From an uncultured Gammaproteobacteria bacterium (GTDB lineage Bacteria > Patescibacteriota > Patescibacteriia > Magasanikbacterales > UBA922), in assembly GCA_964522405.1 (NCBI GenBank), contig CAZFTR010000004.1, positions 22,349 through 86,348 of the forward strand: DNA of 64,000 nt. The letters are read 5' to 3'. Below, piece after piece: positions 1-8,791 of the stretch (the first letter of the stretch is position 1; each line of letters begins with the position of its first letter). Both the position numbers and the translations under genes were made by a program. The notes under the pieces were generated by a model. It did no database searches. It worked only from the letters and a program-made list of their open reading frames with translations, and had not been told where the DNA came from.

Positions 1-114
1 AGAAGGTTCATCAATAACTATTCCTTTGTCCTGGGTATATAAAAGTGTGTTTGCAGTACCAAGATCTATACCAATGGCCTTATTTGTGATACTTCCAAAT
101 GAAAATTTAAACAT
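1..114 (-). CDS. mreB: Rod-shape protein MreB, N-terminal fragment (gene continues beyond window start)
   Basis: The reverse-complement of 1-114 translates to MFKFSFGSITNKAIGIDLGTANTLLYTQDKGIVIDEPS, matching the MreB/actin N-terminal phosphate-1 motif (IDLGTANTLIY...GIVLNEPS). Confidence 0.6.
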   Translation of the reverse strand, partial: MFKFSFGSITNKAIGIDLGTANTLLYTQDKGIVIDEPS

Positions 115-146
115 AAAATTTTGTTGCGACAGGCAGCAAAATTAAT

Positions 147-1397
147 CTATTTTAAGCTATCTACTATTTTTCCCAAATCCAATAGACTAGATTGATCACC
201 GGTTCGTTCTTTTATTTCTACTGAATTTTTTTCTAAAGTCTTTGGGCTAATTACAATTCGTTTACTAATTCCAATTAAGTCGCTATCAGAAAATTTCTCA
301 CCAGGCCTAACACCATCTCGATCATCATACAGTACCTCTATACCAGCCTCAAGTAAGCTATTATAGAGCTTATTGGCCTGATCAATGTCTTTTGCTTCCC
401 TGCATAGCGAAACCAAATGCACCTTAAACGGAGAGATAGACTCTGGCCAAACAATACCATTATCGTCAGCAAAAGCTTCCACCACAACACCCATCAAACG
501 TGCTACTCCAATTCCGTAAGAGCCCATCACTACAGTTTGTTTTTGACCATTCTCATCAGTAAAATCTAATCCCAAAGGCTCTGAATATTTGGTTTTCAAA
601 CTAAATATATTTCCTACTTCAGCTGCATTTACTTCTTCTAGATCTTCTTTTTTTAAATTAAGATCTGCAATTACTTCGTCTGAGTAAACTTCTTTGTTAA
701 TAGCTATCTTCTTTGCTCTGTTCAGATAGATTGTATCTTCTCCTGCTTCAACCAAAGTTTGAAATTCATGAGAATATTTTGAGAAAGGTCCACCAGATGA
801 AAAAGTAATATAAGTTAGCTCACCAAGACCAATTTTCTCAAAAATCTTTAGATATGCATCTGAACACTGCTGATAAAATTCCTCATGTTCAGTTTCTGTA
901 CGTGAAAATGAATATAAGTCTTTCATAATAAACTCACGAGTTCTCAAGATTCCACTCTTTGCTCGAGTCTCATTTCTAAGTTTAGTTTGAAATTGATAAG
1001 CGCTAAAAGGAAGATCCTTGTATGAATTTATATATTGTAGCATAGCTCGAGTCATTGGCTCTTCATGACTCCAAGCCAAACCAAGCTGGGTTTTGTTTTT
1101 TAATTCTGTCTTAAACCAAGCATCAACACTTTCCTCTGACCAACGATCAGTTAATTTCCAAATTTCTTGATCCTGAAGAGTAGTCATAAACATCTCTTGA
1201 CCACCAATAGCATTGATTTCCTGACGTATAATATTTTTTATTTTTTCTATAACCCTTAAACCGAGTGGTAGAAAACTATAAACTCCGGCCATTTCCTTGT
1301 GTATAAAACCTGCCCGAGCCAAAAGCTGGGCATTTTTACTAATCTCGTCCTTTGGAGCTTGTTTTACTGTTTTGGTTAATAGTTTGGATTGGCGCAT
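147..1397 (-). CDS. proS: Prolyl-tRNA synthetase, short form without editing domain
   Basis: 416-aa ORF with class II aaRS motifs and clear ProRS-like segments (HEEPMTRAML..., FSAYQFQTKLRNETRAKSGILRTREFIMKDLYSF). Confidence 0.9.
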   Translation of the reverse strand: MRQSKLLTKTVKQAPKDEISKNAQLLARAGFIHKEMAGVYSFLPLGLRVIEKIKNIIRQEINAIGGQEMFMTTLQDQEIWKLTDRWSEESVDAWFKTELKNKTQLGLAWSHEEPMTRAMLQYINSYKDLPFSAYQFQTKLRNETRAKSGILRTREFIMKDLYSFSRTETEHEEFYQQCSDAYLKIFEKIGLGELTYITFSSGGPFSKYSHEFQTLVEAGEDTIYLNRAKKIAINKEVYSDEVIADLNLKKEDLEEVNAAEVGNIFSLKTKYSEPLGLDFTDENGQKQTVVMGSYGIGVARLMGVVVEAFADDNGIVWPESISPFKVHLVSLCREAKDIDQANKLYNSLLEAGIEVLYDDRDGVRPGEKFSDSDLIGISKRIVISPKTLEKNSVEIKERTGDQSSLLDLGKIVDSLK

Positions 1398-1424
1398 ACA
1401 AAATCTCTAGATTTAAAAATGATT

Positions 1425-1835
1425 TTAATCATTATCGCTAAGAACAAAACTGTCCTGCTTGTTTTTAAGGGTTGCTTTAAATGATATTACTAAAATAAAA
1501 ATAAAAAATAATAGACCAAAATTCCAAATACTTAACCAATCCTTAATCTGTAAATAAAGCACAATAGTAAAAAAAATAGAAACAAAAACAGAATCTCTAA
1601 AACTCAGACTAACGTATTTGAATAAGGGCATGGCCTGTTTGGAAAAAAACTTATGAGCAAAGAAGAGTAATACTGAACTTATTCCAAGTACACTGAAAAA
1701 AACCGTTGAATAGAAAAAAGCAAAGGTTAAATTGGTTCCCTGATAAGGATCAACATTGGATATAACAAAAAACAAAGCACTTATGCAAAGCAATGTTGCC
1801 AGTCCCATTGTAAGTAAATATTGCTTTAAATTCAT
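1425..1835 (-). CDS. Hypothetical polytopic membrane protein
   Basis: 136-aa ORF with about four hydrophobic helices and host-like A+T-rich codon usage. Confidence 0.45.
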   Translation of the reverse strand: MNLKQYLLTMGLATLLCISALFFVISNVDPYQGTNLTFAFFYSTVFFSVLGISSVLLFFAHKFFSKQAMPLFKYVSLSFRDSVFVSIFFTIVLYLQIKDWLSIWNFGLLFFIFILVISFKATLKNKQDSFVLSDND

Positions 1836-1899
1836 AAAAAACAGCTTTTAGCTGTAGTGTAAGTTTACCTTGATCCTAATTATTTTGCAAGAGGATATT

Positions 1900-2232
1900 T
1901 TAGAGTAAATATCGTATTCGATCTACTTCATTTTTGCCTAATTTATCATTAACTTTTTGTACTATTGCTGACTGATTAAGACGAATCTCCTGAGCCATAC
2001 TTGAGCTGGTACAGCTTATAGTTAAAGTTCTATTTTTCAAAAAAAGCGGTTTAGCGTATATAGCTAAATCTGAACCAAACATCTCCTCCAGAACTTCTGT
2101 AGCAACCTCAATAATCTCAGCACTCTCAAGCTGTTTTTTTAATGGTGAATTTTTTCCGATTTTGTCATGCAAGGCATCACCAAGAGGAGTAAAACCCATA
2201 TGGTCTTCAAATAAATCAGTAAGAAAAATCAA
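1900..2232 (-). CDS. DciA/DUF721-like protein
   Basis: C-terminal segment TLTISCTSSSMAQEIRLNQSAIVQKVNDKLGKNEVDRIRY follows the DciA/DUF721 pattern (TLLVAVDSPVWLHQLNFMKREIL...IRFRLG). The true start may be the internal Met near 2199. Confidence 0.4.
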   Translation of the reverse strand: MIFLTDLFEDHMGFTPLGDALHDKIGKNSPLKKQLESAEIIEVATEVLEEMFGSDLAIYAKPLFLKNRTLTISCTSSSMAQEIRLNQSAIVQKVNDKLGKNEVDRIRYLL

Positions 2233-2297
2233 TTCAACAGTCTATAAAAAACTAAACTGCTCCATCCTAATATTTGAAATTTGCTGTACCAAAATTA

Positions 2298-2951
2298 TTA
2301 AACTCGATATAGATATACTTTACCATGTTTTTTTTCAAATTTCCAATTTGGAAAGGTAAAATCGTAAGAAACAACCACTGATCCCGGTTTCATTTCCTTT
2401 TTTATTTTTTTAGCTAATTTATCCATTTTGTGAGGAATAAAAAACAAAGTAGCCACATCAAACTTGGAAAAACTATATTTCCAAAAATTTTTTCTAATTA
2501 TTTTACCTTTTTTTCTACATTTGGCTGCAACTCTGGACTTGCTAAGCCAATAAAGATAAGGTTGTATTTCAATTCCAACGGCACTGGCACCTCTTGCTGC
2601 CGCAGCACAAACTATCCTACCATCCCCCGAGCCCACATCCAATACTGTCTTTGCTTCATCGACTTCTGCCAGATCTAACATCTCCTCCACGATTTCAATA
2701 GGTGTGCTGGCAAATGGAGCGCCACTGGCCGTTGCCTGAATTTTGAAAAATAAGATATAGAGCAATATCAATAGAAAAACAAAGAAAAGCAATATCAATA
2801 AAACAATAACAAGAAAAATTATAAAATCCTTGCTTTTAATATAAAAAAAGGCCATTCCCACTAGTAGTAAAATATCAACTAAGAGCAGAGTAAAAATTGC
2901 AATAGGTGCGTTGCTGGCTATTTTATTATCTGAAAAAAGTTTCTTTAGCAT
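2298..2951 (-). CDS. Membrane-anchored class I SAM-dependent methyltransferase (paralog 1)
   Basis: Two N-terminal TM helices followed by SAM-binding motif I (VLDVGSGDGRIV). The C-terminus (KKEMKPGSVVVSYDFTFPNW) is shared with the adjacent paralog. Confidence 0.6.
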   Translation of the reverse strand: MLKKLFSDNKIASNAPIAIFTLLLVDILLLVGMAFFYIKSKDFIIFLVIVLLILLFFVFLLILLYILFFKIQATASGAPFASTPIEIVEEMLDLAEVDEAKTVLDVGSGDGRIVCAAAARGASAVGIEIQPYLYWLSKSRVAAKCRKKGKIIRKNFWKYSFSKFDVATLFFIPHKMDKLAKKIKKEMKPGSVVVSYDFTFPNWKFEKKHGKVYLYRV

Positions 2952-2953
2952 AT

Positions 2954-3463
2954 TTAAACAATGTACAGCCTTATATTATCATCTTTTTGCTCAGCTTCCC
3001 AGTCTGGGAAGATAAAGCAATGCGAAACAATGCGAGATCCTGGTTTCATTTCTTTTTTAATCTTCTGCATAAGTTTATCCATTTTATTTGAAATAAAATA
3101 AATAAATAGTACATCAACCTCACTTAAATCTGTTTTCCAAAGATCCTCTCTAATTATCTGGGTATTTTTGGAGCCAATAAGTCGCAATCGACTATACCAG
3201 GATAAAATCGGATTAATTTCAACACCAATTGCTTTTTTAACAATAGCCTTAGTCTTTCTAATAACTCTACCATCTCCAGAACCAAGATCCATGAGTATAT
3301 CAGTCTTTCTCAGTTCAGCAATTTTAATCATTTTTTCAAGTTTTTTTGAAAGAGTGGGCACATATGGAGCAGCTTTCACAACAGCAAAGACAGTATATAT
3401 CATAAATACTGCAATAATTATCAATAGAATTGTACCAAAACTAAGTACTAATAAACTTTCCAT
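2954..3463 (-). CDS. Membrane-anchored class I SAM-dependent methyltransferase (paralog 2)
   Basis: One TM helix followed by motif I (ILMDLGSGDGRVI). The C-terminus (KKEMKPGSRIVSHCFIFPDW) is homologous to 2298..2951, so this is a tandem duplication. Confidence 0.6.
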   Translation of the reverse strand: MESLLVLSFGTILLIIIAVFMIYTVFAVVKAAPYVPTLSKKLEKMIKIAELRKTDILMDLGSGDGRVIRKTKAIVKKAIGVEINPILSWYSRLRLIGSKNTQIIREDLWKTDLSEVDVLFIYFISNKMDKLMQKIKKEMKPGSRIVSHCFIFPDWEAEQKDDNIRLYIV

Positions 3464-3505
3464 AAATACTAAATTAGTTGACAGTTAAATCATTAGTTGG
3501 TTAAA

Positions 3506-3533
3506 TTTACAGTATTGCATTTGCAATTTTAAT
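3506..3533 (+). promoter_or_regulatory. Candidate promoter of GC island A (TTTACA-N16-TTTAAT)
   Basis: The hexamers sit directly upstream of the purine-rich tract AAGGGGGAAGG (3542-3552) and the GTG at 3555. Confidence 0.3.
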
Positions 3534-3554
3534 CGAACGACAAGGGGGAAGGAC

Positions 3555-3935
3555 GTGCATCGCGCTTTCAGACGTGAGCATTGCTCGGCCATATACCAGG
3601 GTGATATGGAAGTCGATCTCGGTCGTCTCACCCCGAGTGAGAGATTCGGCCTAGACGTCCTGTTGCGCCTGTTTCGTGGTCGGATCAAGATGAAGGATAC
3701 GGGCATGGGAAATTCAGCATTGGTCTTCCGCCTCTCGGAACTCCGCTGCAGAATGAACTCGAGAGGGCCGGATCTACAGGATCTGACCGTGGAGACAGGT
3801 CTGAACGGTCACATCACACTCTCGACCGGTGATCCGGAATCGGCTCATCGGATGCGCGTGGACTTCAGCGAACCGCCACCGGACGGCGATCATTCGCGCC
3901 ATCGGCGCGTGTTCCCGCCTGACTGGGCCGTGTGA
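3555..3935 (+). CDS. Hypothetical protein encoded in G+C-rich island A
   Basis: 126-aa ORF with GC3-rich codons (CGC, CTC, GAC) in an A+T-rich neighbourhood. An SD-like tract lies upstream, but only 2 nt from the GTG; the internal ATG at 3606 is an alternative start. No recognisable domain. Confidence 0.35.
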   Translation: MHRAFRREHCSAIYQGDMEVDLGRLTPSERFGLDVLLRLFRGRIKMKDTGMGNSALVFRLSELRCRMNSRGPDLQDLTVETGLNGHITLSTGDPESAHRMRVDFSEPPPDGDHSRHRRVFPPDWAV

Positions 3936-3972
3936 GTTACCCACGGTTCTAGTCCTTCGCTGTCCAAGCATC

Positions 3973-4005
3973 GCCCCTGGCGCTGGATTTATCCACGCCA
4001 GGGGT
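3973..4005 (+). terminator. G+C-rich hairpin closing island A
   Basis: CCCCTGGCG-ctggatttatcca-CGCCAGGGG, a perfect 9-bp stem, followed by ttcgccatttatat. Confidence 0.5.
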
Positions 4006-4058
4006 TCGCCATTTATATGGGGTATATAGAGCAACTATGGCACTACTACCAAATACCA

Positions 4059-6998
4059 TTAGACACCAAACTCACAAATATCTCGATAATCACAATAACC
4101 ACAGGAAAATTTACTTGGAGCAGCCTTGAAATCTCGTTCATGTATATTATCAATTAAAGCAACCAATTTATCTCTTAATTTTTCTATTTGTTTATCTTCG
4201 CCAGTAAATTCTGCTTTTATATTATCATTGAGATACCAAAAAGTAAGTGTTCCAACCGGACCAATATTTCGATATTCCGGCAGACTCTGCGCTGCAATTT
4301 GATAAATTAAAAGCTGCTCCTTATCATCAGCAGTTAATTTCTCTTTTGATTTTCCGGTTTTATAATCAATTATATCCAAATTCCCTTCTGAATTCTGATC
4401 AATTCGGTCAATCTTACCACGAAGAAGATAATCCCCTACTTTGATTTTAAAACCACTTTCAATCTTTACTGGAACTGTCCAATTTCCTTCTTGAGCAGCA
4501 TAAAAAACTCGTAATATTTCTTTTCCTTTTTTAAAATAATCCTCTCTTTGTCTTTTTGATTTATACCAATCGCCTATCCAGGATTTCTCATAAATTTCAA
4601 GCAGTTCATCAAGTGATGGTACAGAAACTTGATCAGTTTTTTCTTTTTTGGGAGAGCTATCAAAAAGTGATCCTTGATTGGCACTGTTTAGCTCAACTAC
4701 TCTTTCGTAAAATTTCTGAAGCGTATTATGAATTGTGTTTCCAAAACTAAAGCTTGCACTTCCACGAGCTGGGATTTTTAAAATATGCTGTAATTTATAT
4801 TTATAAGGACAAGTATCATAAGTTTTAACCTGCGAAAAAGAAAAGGCCTTGGGAATTTCATATACAAATTCTGATTTCTCTTGATTGTTTTTGCTTGGTT
4901 CAGATATAACTCCACTCTCCTTACCAACGACTTGATTTCCACTATCTTCAACACCAGTCTCTCCTATAAATCTACTTGCTTTCTTTTTTCTAGCTCCACC
5001 ATAATCTATAGAGCTGACCATAAATAATCTCTTTTTTGCTCGAGTCATGGCAACATAGAACAATCTTCTCTCTTCCTGGATATGTGCATCACCTTCCGGA
5101 AGCTGCTCCCTTACTAATTGATCTGGAATCTGAATATCTCCCCCTCGTCTCCGACTTGGTATACGATCTTCAACCATGTTAACCACAAAAACATACTTGT
5201 ATTCAAGACCTTTGGACTTATGAATGGTCATAATATTAACACTGTCAGGCGTATCAACTGGCTGAAACATAATACCCTGATCTCCAGACTCGATAACTGC
5301 ATTGAAATATTCTACAAAATGAGAAACATTTGAGTCTCCAATTGCAGATTCATATTTATCAAGAAAACCAAAGAATTGCTGAAGCTGATAAATCTGGCGG
5401 ATTACTTTGCCATTTCCTTGATCTTCCTCGTGAGTTAGATACGTTAGATAGCCACTTTTTTCCAAAAAATTAAAAAGTGCACGACTGGTTTTCTCATATC
5501 TGGAATCTTTCATTCCAGAGTGAAGTAAATCAATTACTTTGTCACAAACAGCAATCCCCTCTTTTGAAACTCCAAATTGAGCTGCTCGTTTTAATGCTTC
5601 ATAATAAGTTACACTTTTTTTACCTTTTTGATGGGTTATTTTCTGCAAATCTGATTCTCTAAGCTCAAGAAAGGGCATTTTCAACAATCTAAATATGCCA
5701 TGCTGTTCATGATAATTATTTATAGATCGTAGAAAACTCATGCAATCAAGTACAATTGGCTGGCGATAAAGCCCGGCTGAAGCAATATATTCATAAGGAA
5801 TCTTTGCTGACTCAAGCGCATTTACAAATGGCTCAACATGACTGTTGGCTCGAACCAAAATTGCAAAATCATCCCAAACAGCTTCTTTATCCTGCTCTTT
5901 TATCTCAACAATTTTCTCAAGCACTCCTCTAGCCTCATTTTCAAGCTTATCAAAACATAGATGCTGTACTTTTTGAACTTGGTTTTTCTCGCTATTAATT
6001 TTTGAAACTAATTTTTTATCAATTTTCAATTTCTCTTCCAATCTATCTGGATTGTTGTTTTGAATAAGCTCATAAGCTGAATCAAGAATCTCCTGAGCTG
6101 AGCGATAATTTTCAGTTAAAACAATTTCTTTGGCTTTTGGATAATCATCTTTGAAACGCATGATATTACTAACACTGGCTCCACGAAAGGCATAGACACT
6201 CTGATCATCGTCACCTACCACAGTTAATTTTGAATTTTCAGCCAGTAATTTAACAAATTCGTACTGAGCATAATTAACATCTTGAAATTCATCTACCAGA
6301 ATATACTTATATTGATTTTGTAATTGCTTTTTAATATTTTCTCTATCTTGTAAGAGTTTAACTGTATAAAAAATTAGGTCACCAAAATCTAAAGCATTTT
6401 TATCTAATAATAATTGATTGTACCTGTGATAAGCGCTTGCAATTTCAGTAAGTCTGGTTTTTTCATCCATACTTGCTGAATCTTTTTCTAACTTCAATTC
6501 CTCTGCATAATCCAGATATTCTTGCGGTGTGATAAGTTCATCTTTGCATTTTGAAAAATGCTTGAGAAAACCATGAATATTTTTCATTGGATTTCCAAGA
6601 GGTCGATAATAATCCAACTCAAAATCATACAGGTGTTCGCGCATCAAGAGCCAAGCCTCTGTATCTGAAACTAATTTAAATTCATTTGGCAAACCAATAT
6701 TCAAACCATAATGTTCAAGAATTCTTTGGCAAAATCCATGAAAGGTTGAGATTTGCACGTCAGTATAGCCAGTATCAAGTAACTGATCCACTCGCTCTTG
6801 CATCTCATTAGCTGCGTTTTCATTGAAAGCCAGTGCCAAAATTTCTTCTGGTTTAGCCAGACCCCTTTTTACAATATCTGCAATTTTTTCAGTAATTACA
6901 GTGGTTTTTCCAGTTCCTGCTCCGGCAATAATAAGGAGTGGACCGTCATGGTATTCAACAGCTTGTTTTTGTGATTTGTTTAGCGATTTTTCAGCCAT
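4059..6998 (-). CDS. UvrD/PcrA-family helicase fused to a C-terminal RecB/Cas4-like nuclease domain with Cys cluster (AddA-like)
   Basis: Walker A AGAGTGKTT, the UvrD motifs and C-terminal CGYCDYRDIC. Confidence 0.85.
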   Translation of the reverse strand: MAEKSLNKSQKQAVEYHDGPLLIIAGAGTGKTTVITEKIADIVKRGLAKPEEILALAFNENAANEMQERVDQLLDTGYTDVQISTFHGFCQRILEHYGLNIGLPNEFKLVSDTEAWLLMREHLYDFELDYYRPLGNPMKNIHGFLKHFSKCKDELITPQEYLDYAEELKLEKDSASMDEKTRLTEIASAYHRYNQLLLDKNALDFGDLIFYTVKLLQDRENIKKQLQNQYKYILVDEFQDVNYAQYEFVKLLAENSKLTVVGDDDQSVYAFRGASVSNIMRFKDDYPKAKEIVLTENYRSAQEILDSAYELIQNNNPDRLEEKLKIDKKLVSKINSEKNQVQKVQHLCFDKLENEARGVLEKIVEIKEQDKEAVWDDFAILVRANSHVEPFVNALESAKIPYEYIASAGLYRQPIVLDCMSFLRSINNYHEQHGIFRLLKMPFLELRESDLQKITHQKGKKSVTYYEALKRAAQFGVSKEGIAVCDKVIDLLHSGMKDSRYEKTSRALFNFLEKSGYLTYLTHEEDQGNGKVIRQIYQLQQFFGFLDKYESAIGDSNVSHFVEYFNAVIESGDQGIMFQPVDTPDSVNIMTIHKSKGLEYKYVFVVNMVEDRIPSRRRGGDIQIPDQLVREQLPEGDAHIQEERRLFYVAMTRAKKRLFMVSSIDYGGARKKKASRFIGETGVEDSGNQVVGKESGVISEPSKNNQEKSEFVYEIPKAFSFSQVKTYDTCPYKYKLQHILKIPARGSASFSFGNTIHNTLQKFYERVVELNSANQGSLFDSSPKKEKTDQVSVPSLDELLEIYEKSWIGDWYKSKRQREDYFKKGKEILRVFYAAQEGNWTVPVKIESGFKIKVGDYLLRGKIDRIDQNSEGNLDIIDYKTGKSKEKLTADDKEQLLIYQIAAQSLPEYRNIGPVGTLTFWYLNDNIKAEFTGEDKQIEKLRDKLVALIDNIHERDFKAAPSKFSCGYCDYRDICEFGV

Positions 6999-7095
6999 AT
7001 TCTCTACTTTATATGTTTAATTGTAGCAGATAGAAGAGCAGGAATCAAAAACTGCTTTTTTATAACTTAAATTAGCCAAATTTAATTAAGAAATA

Positions 7096-7124
7096 TTGAC
7101 AAAAGCACTAAAATATGCTATACT
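7096..7124 (+). promoter_or_regulatory. Consensus sigma70-type promoter of island B (TTGACA-N17-TATACT)
   Basis: TTGACA at 7096-7101, a 17-nt spacer, then TATACT at 7119-7124. Confidence 0.5.
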
Positions 7125-7148
7125 TTTTTGTTCGTTCGTCAAAGGAAA

Positions 7149-7661
7149 ATGCTAGTGAACAGATCAGATCGCGGCTGGACTGCCGCCTTCACGGTCGGGA
7201 GCTTGCTCCTGATCGCGATGCTCGTTGTGGACTACACGGTTCATGACCTTAAAATGAGAGAGCTGCACCAGGCCGTCGTCACGGACTTCGACGAGTTGGT
7301 GCCGGGCATGTGCTACGGCATGGAGATCGAGAGCGGCAAGTTCCAGGTGGTCTGCATCCACCAGTCGCGGAACTGCCCGGACCCCAAGTCCGACGACTAC
7401 GGCGTGGTCAAGCCAAGCGAGTGCCGCCTCGAACGCCCCGAATGCATCGAGTCGGCCAAGGTCACCGAGTTCGGCGCCCTGCAGTACCCTCAGTGGGTGG
7501 TGGTTGGCGAGAGCTACGAGATCTCGGGAAGCCGCCACACCCTCGACCTCGACGACCAGGACTACTGCGTGTTCACGCCCCACAAGTGGCCTGAGCCGTC
7601 CGACGAGTGGGAGTGGCAGGACGTCATCGAGGACACCGGGGACTCCCCCGACGCGCAATAG
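7149..7661 (+). CDS. Hypothetical signal-anchored Cys-containing protein with acidic C-terminus (G+C-rich island B)
   Basis: AAAGGAAA SD at 7141-7148, then ATG 7149 or GTG 7155 (the ORF-track TTG at 7128 has no SD). Contains an N-terminal TM helix (WTAAFTVGSLLLIAMLVV) and six Cys, with GC3-rich codons. Confidence 0.45.
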   Translation: MLVNRSDRGWTAAFTVGSLLLIAMLVVDYTVHDLKMRELHQAVVTDFDELVPGMCYGMEIESGKFQVVCIHQSRNCPDPKSDDYGVVKPSECRLERPECIESAKVTEFGALQYPQWVVVGESYEISGSRHTLDLDDQDYCVFTPHKWPEPSDEWEWQDVIEDTGDSPDAQ

Positions 7662-7792
7662 CGCAATCCGGCATCCTGCCGGGGCAGCGCGAGATGTGCG
7701 AGATTTTGACGACGAACGACGCCGCCCATCCCGAACTGCTTGAGCATCTAAAATCTGGAAATTCAAGCGGAGGCGGGATGTGCCGCTTAATT

Positions 7793-7827
7793 TAAAAATC
7801 CTACTCATTGTAGGATTTTTATTTTGT
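7793..7827 (+). terminator. Rho-independent terminator of island B
   Basis: AAAATCCTAC-tcatt-GTAGGATTTT followed by TATTTT. Confidence 0.6.
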
Positions 7828-7836
7828 ATGAATTTG

Positions 7837-8601
7837 TTATCTTCTAGTATCTTCTCCGAGTAAAACTCTATCTACGAATTTCTTTATAAGTGAATTGGAG
7901 TCTGGTGTTGGCTTGGCATTTTCAGCAATTTGTCTAAGCTCTTCTGCTGCTGATTCATCAGAATAATACCTGTCTACATATCTGGTAATTCTAGCTATCA
8001 GGTCTTGATCATCCACTTCTGGATGAAACTGTGTTGCATAAAACGGCTTGTCTTTTAGCTTTATGGCATGGATCGGACATTTCTCACTCGAAGCCAGAAG
8101 TATAGCTCCATCTGGAATTGACTCTGCCCTCTCCCTATGACCTGACACTGCTTGAAAACCATCTGGAATATCATGAAAAAGTAAATCTTTGTTAGCTTCT
8201 TCTGTTTTCTTGATTGGATAGGTACCCATTTCCATATTTTCTTCATCAACAATAACTTTTTTTCCAAGAGCTTCGGTAACACACTGAAAACCAAAACAAG
8301 AAGCAAAAACCGGAATTGAATTATCTGCACAATATTTTATTAATTTTTTGGAAGACTCTACAAATGGATATTTCTCCGGTTGAATAACTGAAGCATCACT
8401 TGAGCCACCAACAAAAAGTGCATCATAACCAGCGATAATATCTGATTCAAATTCTGGAGTATCAAAAACATTCAAAATAGTGAATTGATTTTTATCTAAT
8501 TCACTATACCTAACAAATTCTTCAAATTCTTCATTCTTTGTTACTTCATCATCACGAATTTGCATGTATAGAATTTTTAAATCTCCTCTTTTTTTATTCA
8601 T
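7837..8601 (-). CDS. Class I glutamine amidotransferase-like protein
   Basis: Catalytic Cys in SCFGFQ and His in QFHPE, a GATase1 signature, with a ~60-aa C-terminal extension. Confidence 0.7.
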   Translation of the reverse strand: MNKKRGDLKILYMQIRDDEVTKNEEFEEFVRYSELDKNQFTILNVFDTPEFESDIIAGYDALFVGGSSDASVIQPEKYPFVESSKKLIKYCADNSIPVFASCFGFQCVTEALGKKVIVDEENMEMGTYPIKKTEEANKDLLFHDIPDGFQAVSGHRERAESIPDGAILLASSEKCPIHAIKLKDKPFYATQFHPEVDDQDLIARITRYVDRYYSDESAAEELRQIAENAKPTPDSNSLIKKFVDRVLLGEDTRR

Positions 8602-8616
8602 ATTTTTGACATTAAT

Positions 8617-8646
8617 AAACCCCGCTTTTTGCGGGGTCTTTTTTAT
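8617..8646. terminator. Bidirectional intrinsic terminator
   Basis: AAACCCCGC-ttttt-GCGGGGTCT with T-runs on both strands, between two minus-strand genes. Confidence 0.6.
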
Positions 8647-8791
8647 TTAGGTAGAGTTATGATTTAGACACCGCAAAATTATCATGGTTGACCACCACTA
8701 CAGTCAGGTTCAGAATAATACTATTTTTAGCTAAATTCATATTATATTCAGATTATCAGAGATTAACTTAGCTGTCAAATTATGACTAAAT

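Noticed and set aside
2700-2900. Possible CRISPR array or tandem repeat (recurring AAT/ATA-rich words)
   Set aside because: It lies inside the coding region of a hydrophobic TM segment (Leu/Ile/Phe codons). There are no regularly spaced direct repeats. No CRISPR array or cas gene was seen anywhere in the window.
7164-7808. 214-aa minus-strand ORF and several 60-95-aa ORFs overlapping island B (7310..7594, 7504..7743, 7562..7747, 7607..7795)
   Set aside because: These are antisense or alternative frames of a G+C-rich sequence, which stay open by chance. They have R/A/P-rich translations and no SD or promoter. The plus-strand frame with promoter, SD and terminator is preferred.
8061-8330. 89-aa ORF nested antisense inside the amidotransferase gene, and similar 60-100-aa nested ORFs throughout the track
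   Set aside because: They are embedded within or antisense to well-supported genes, have A+T-rich low-complexity translations and no independent signals.
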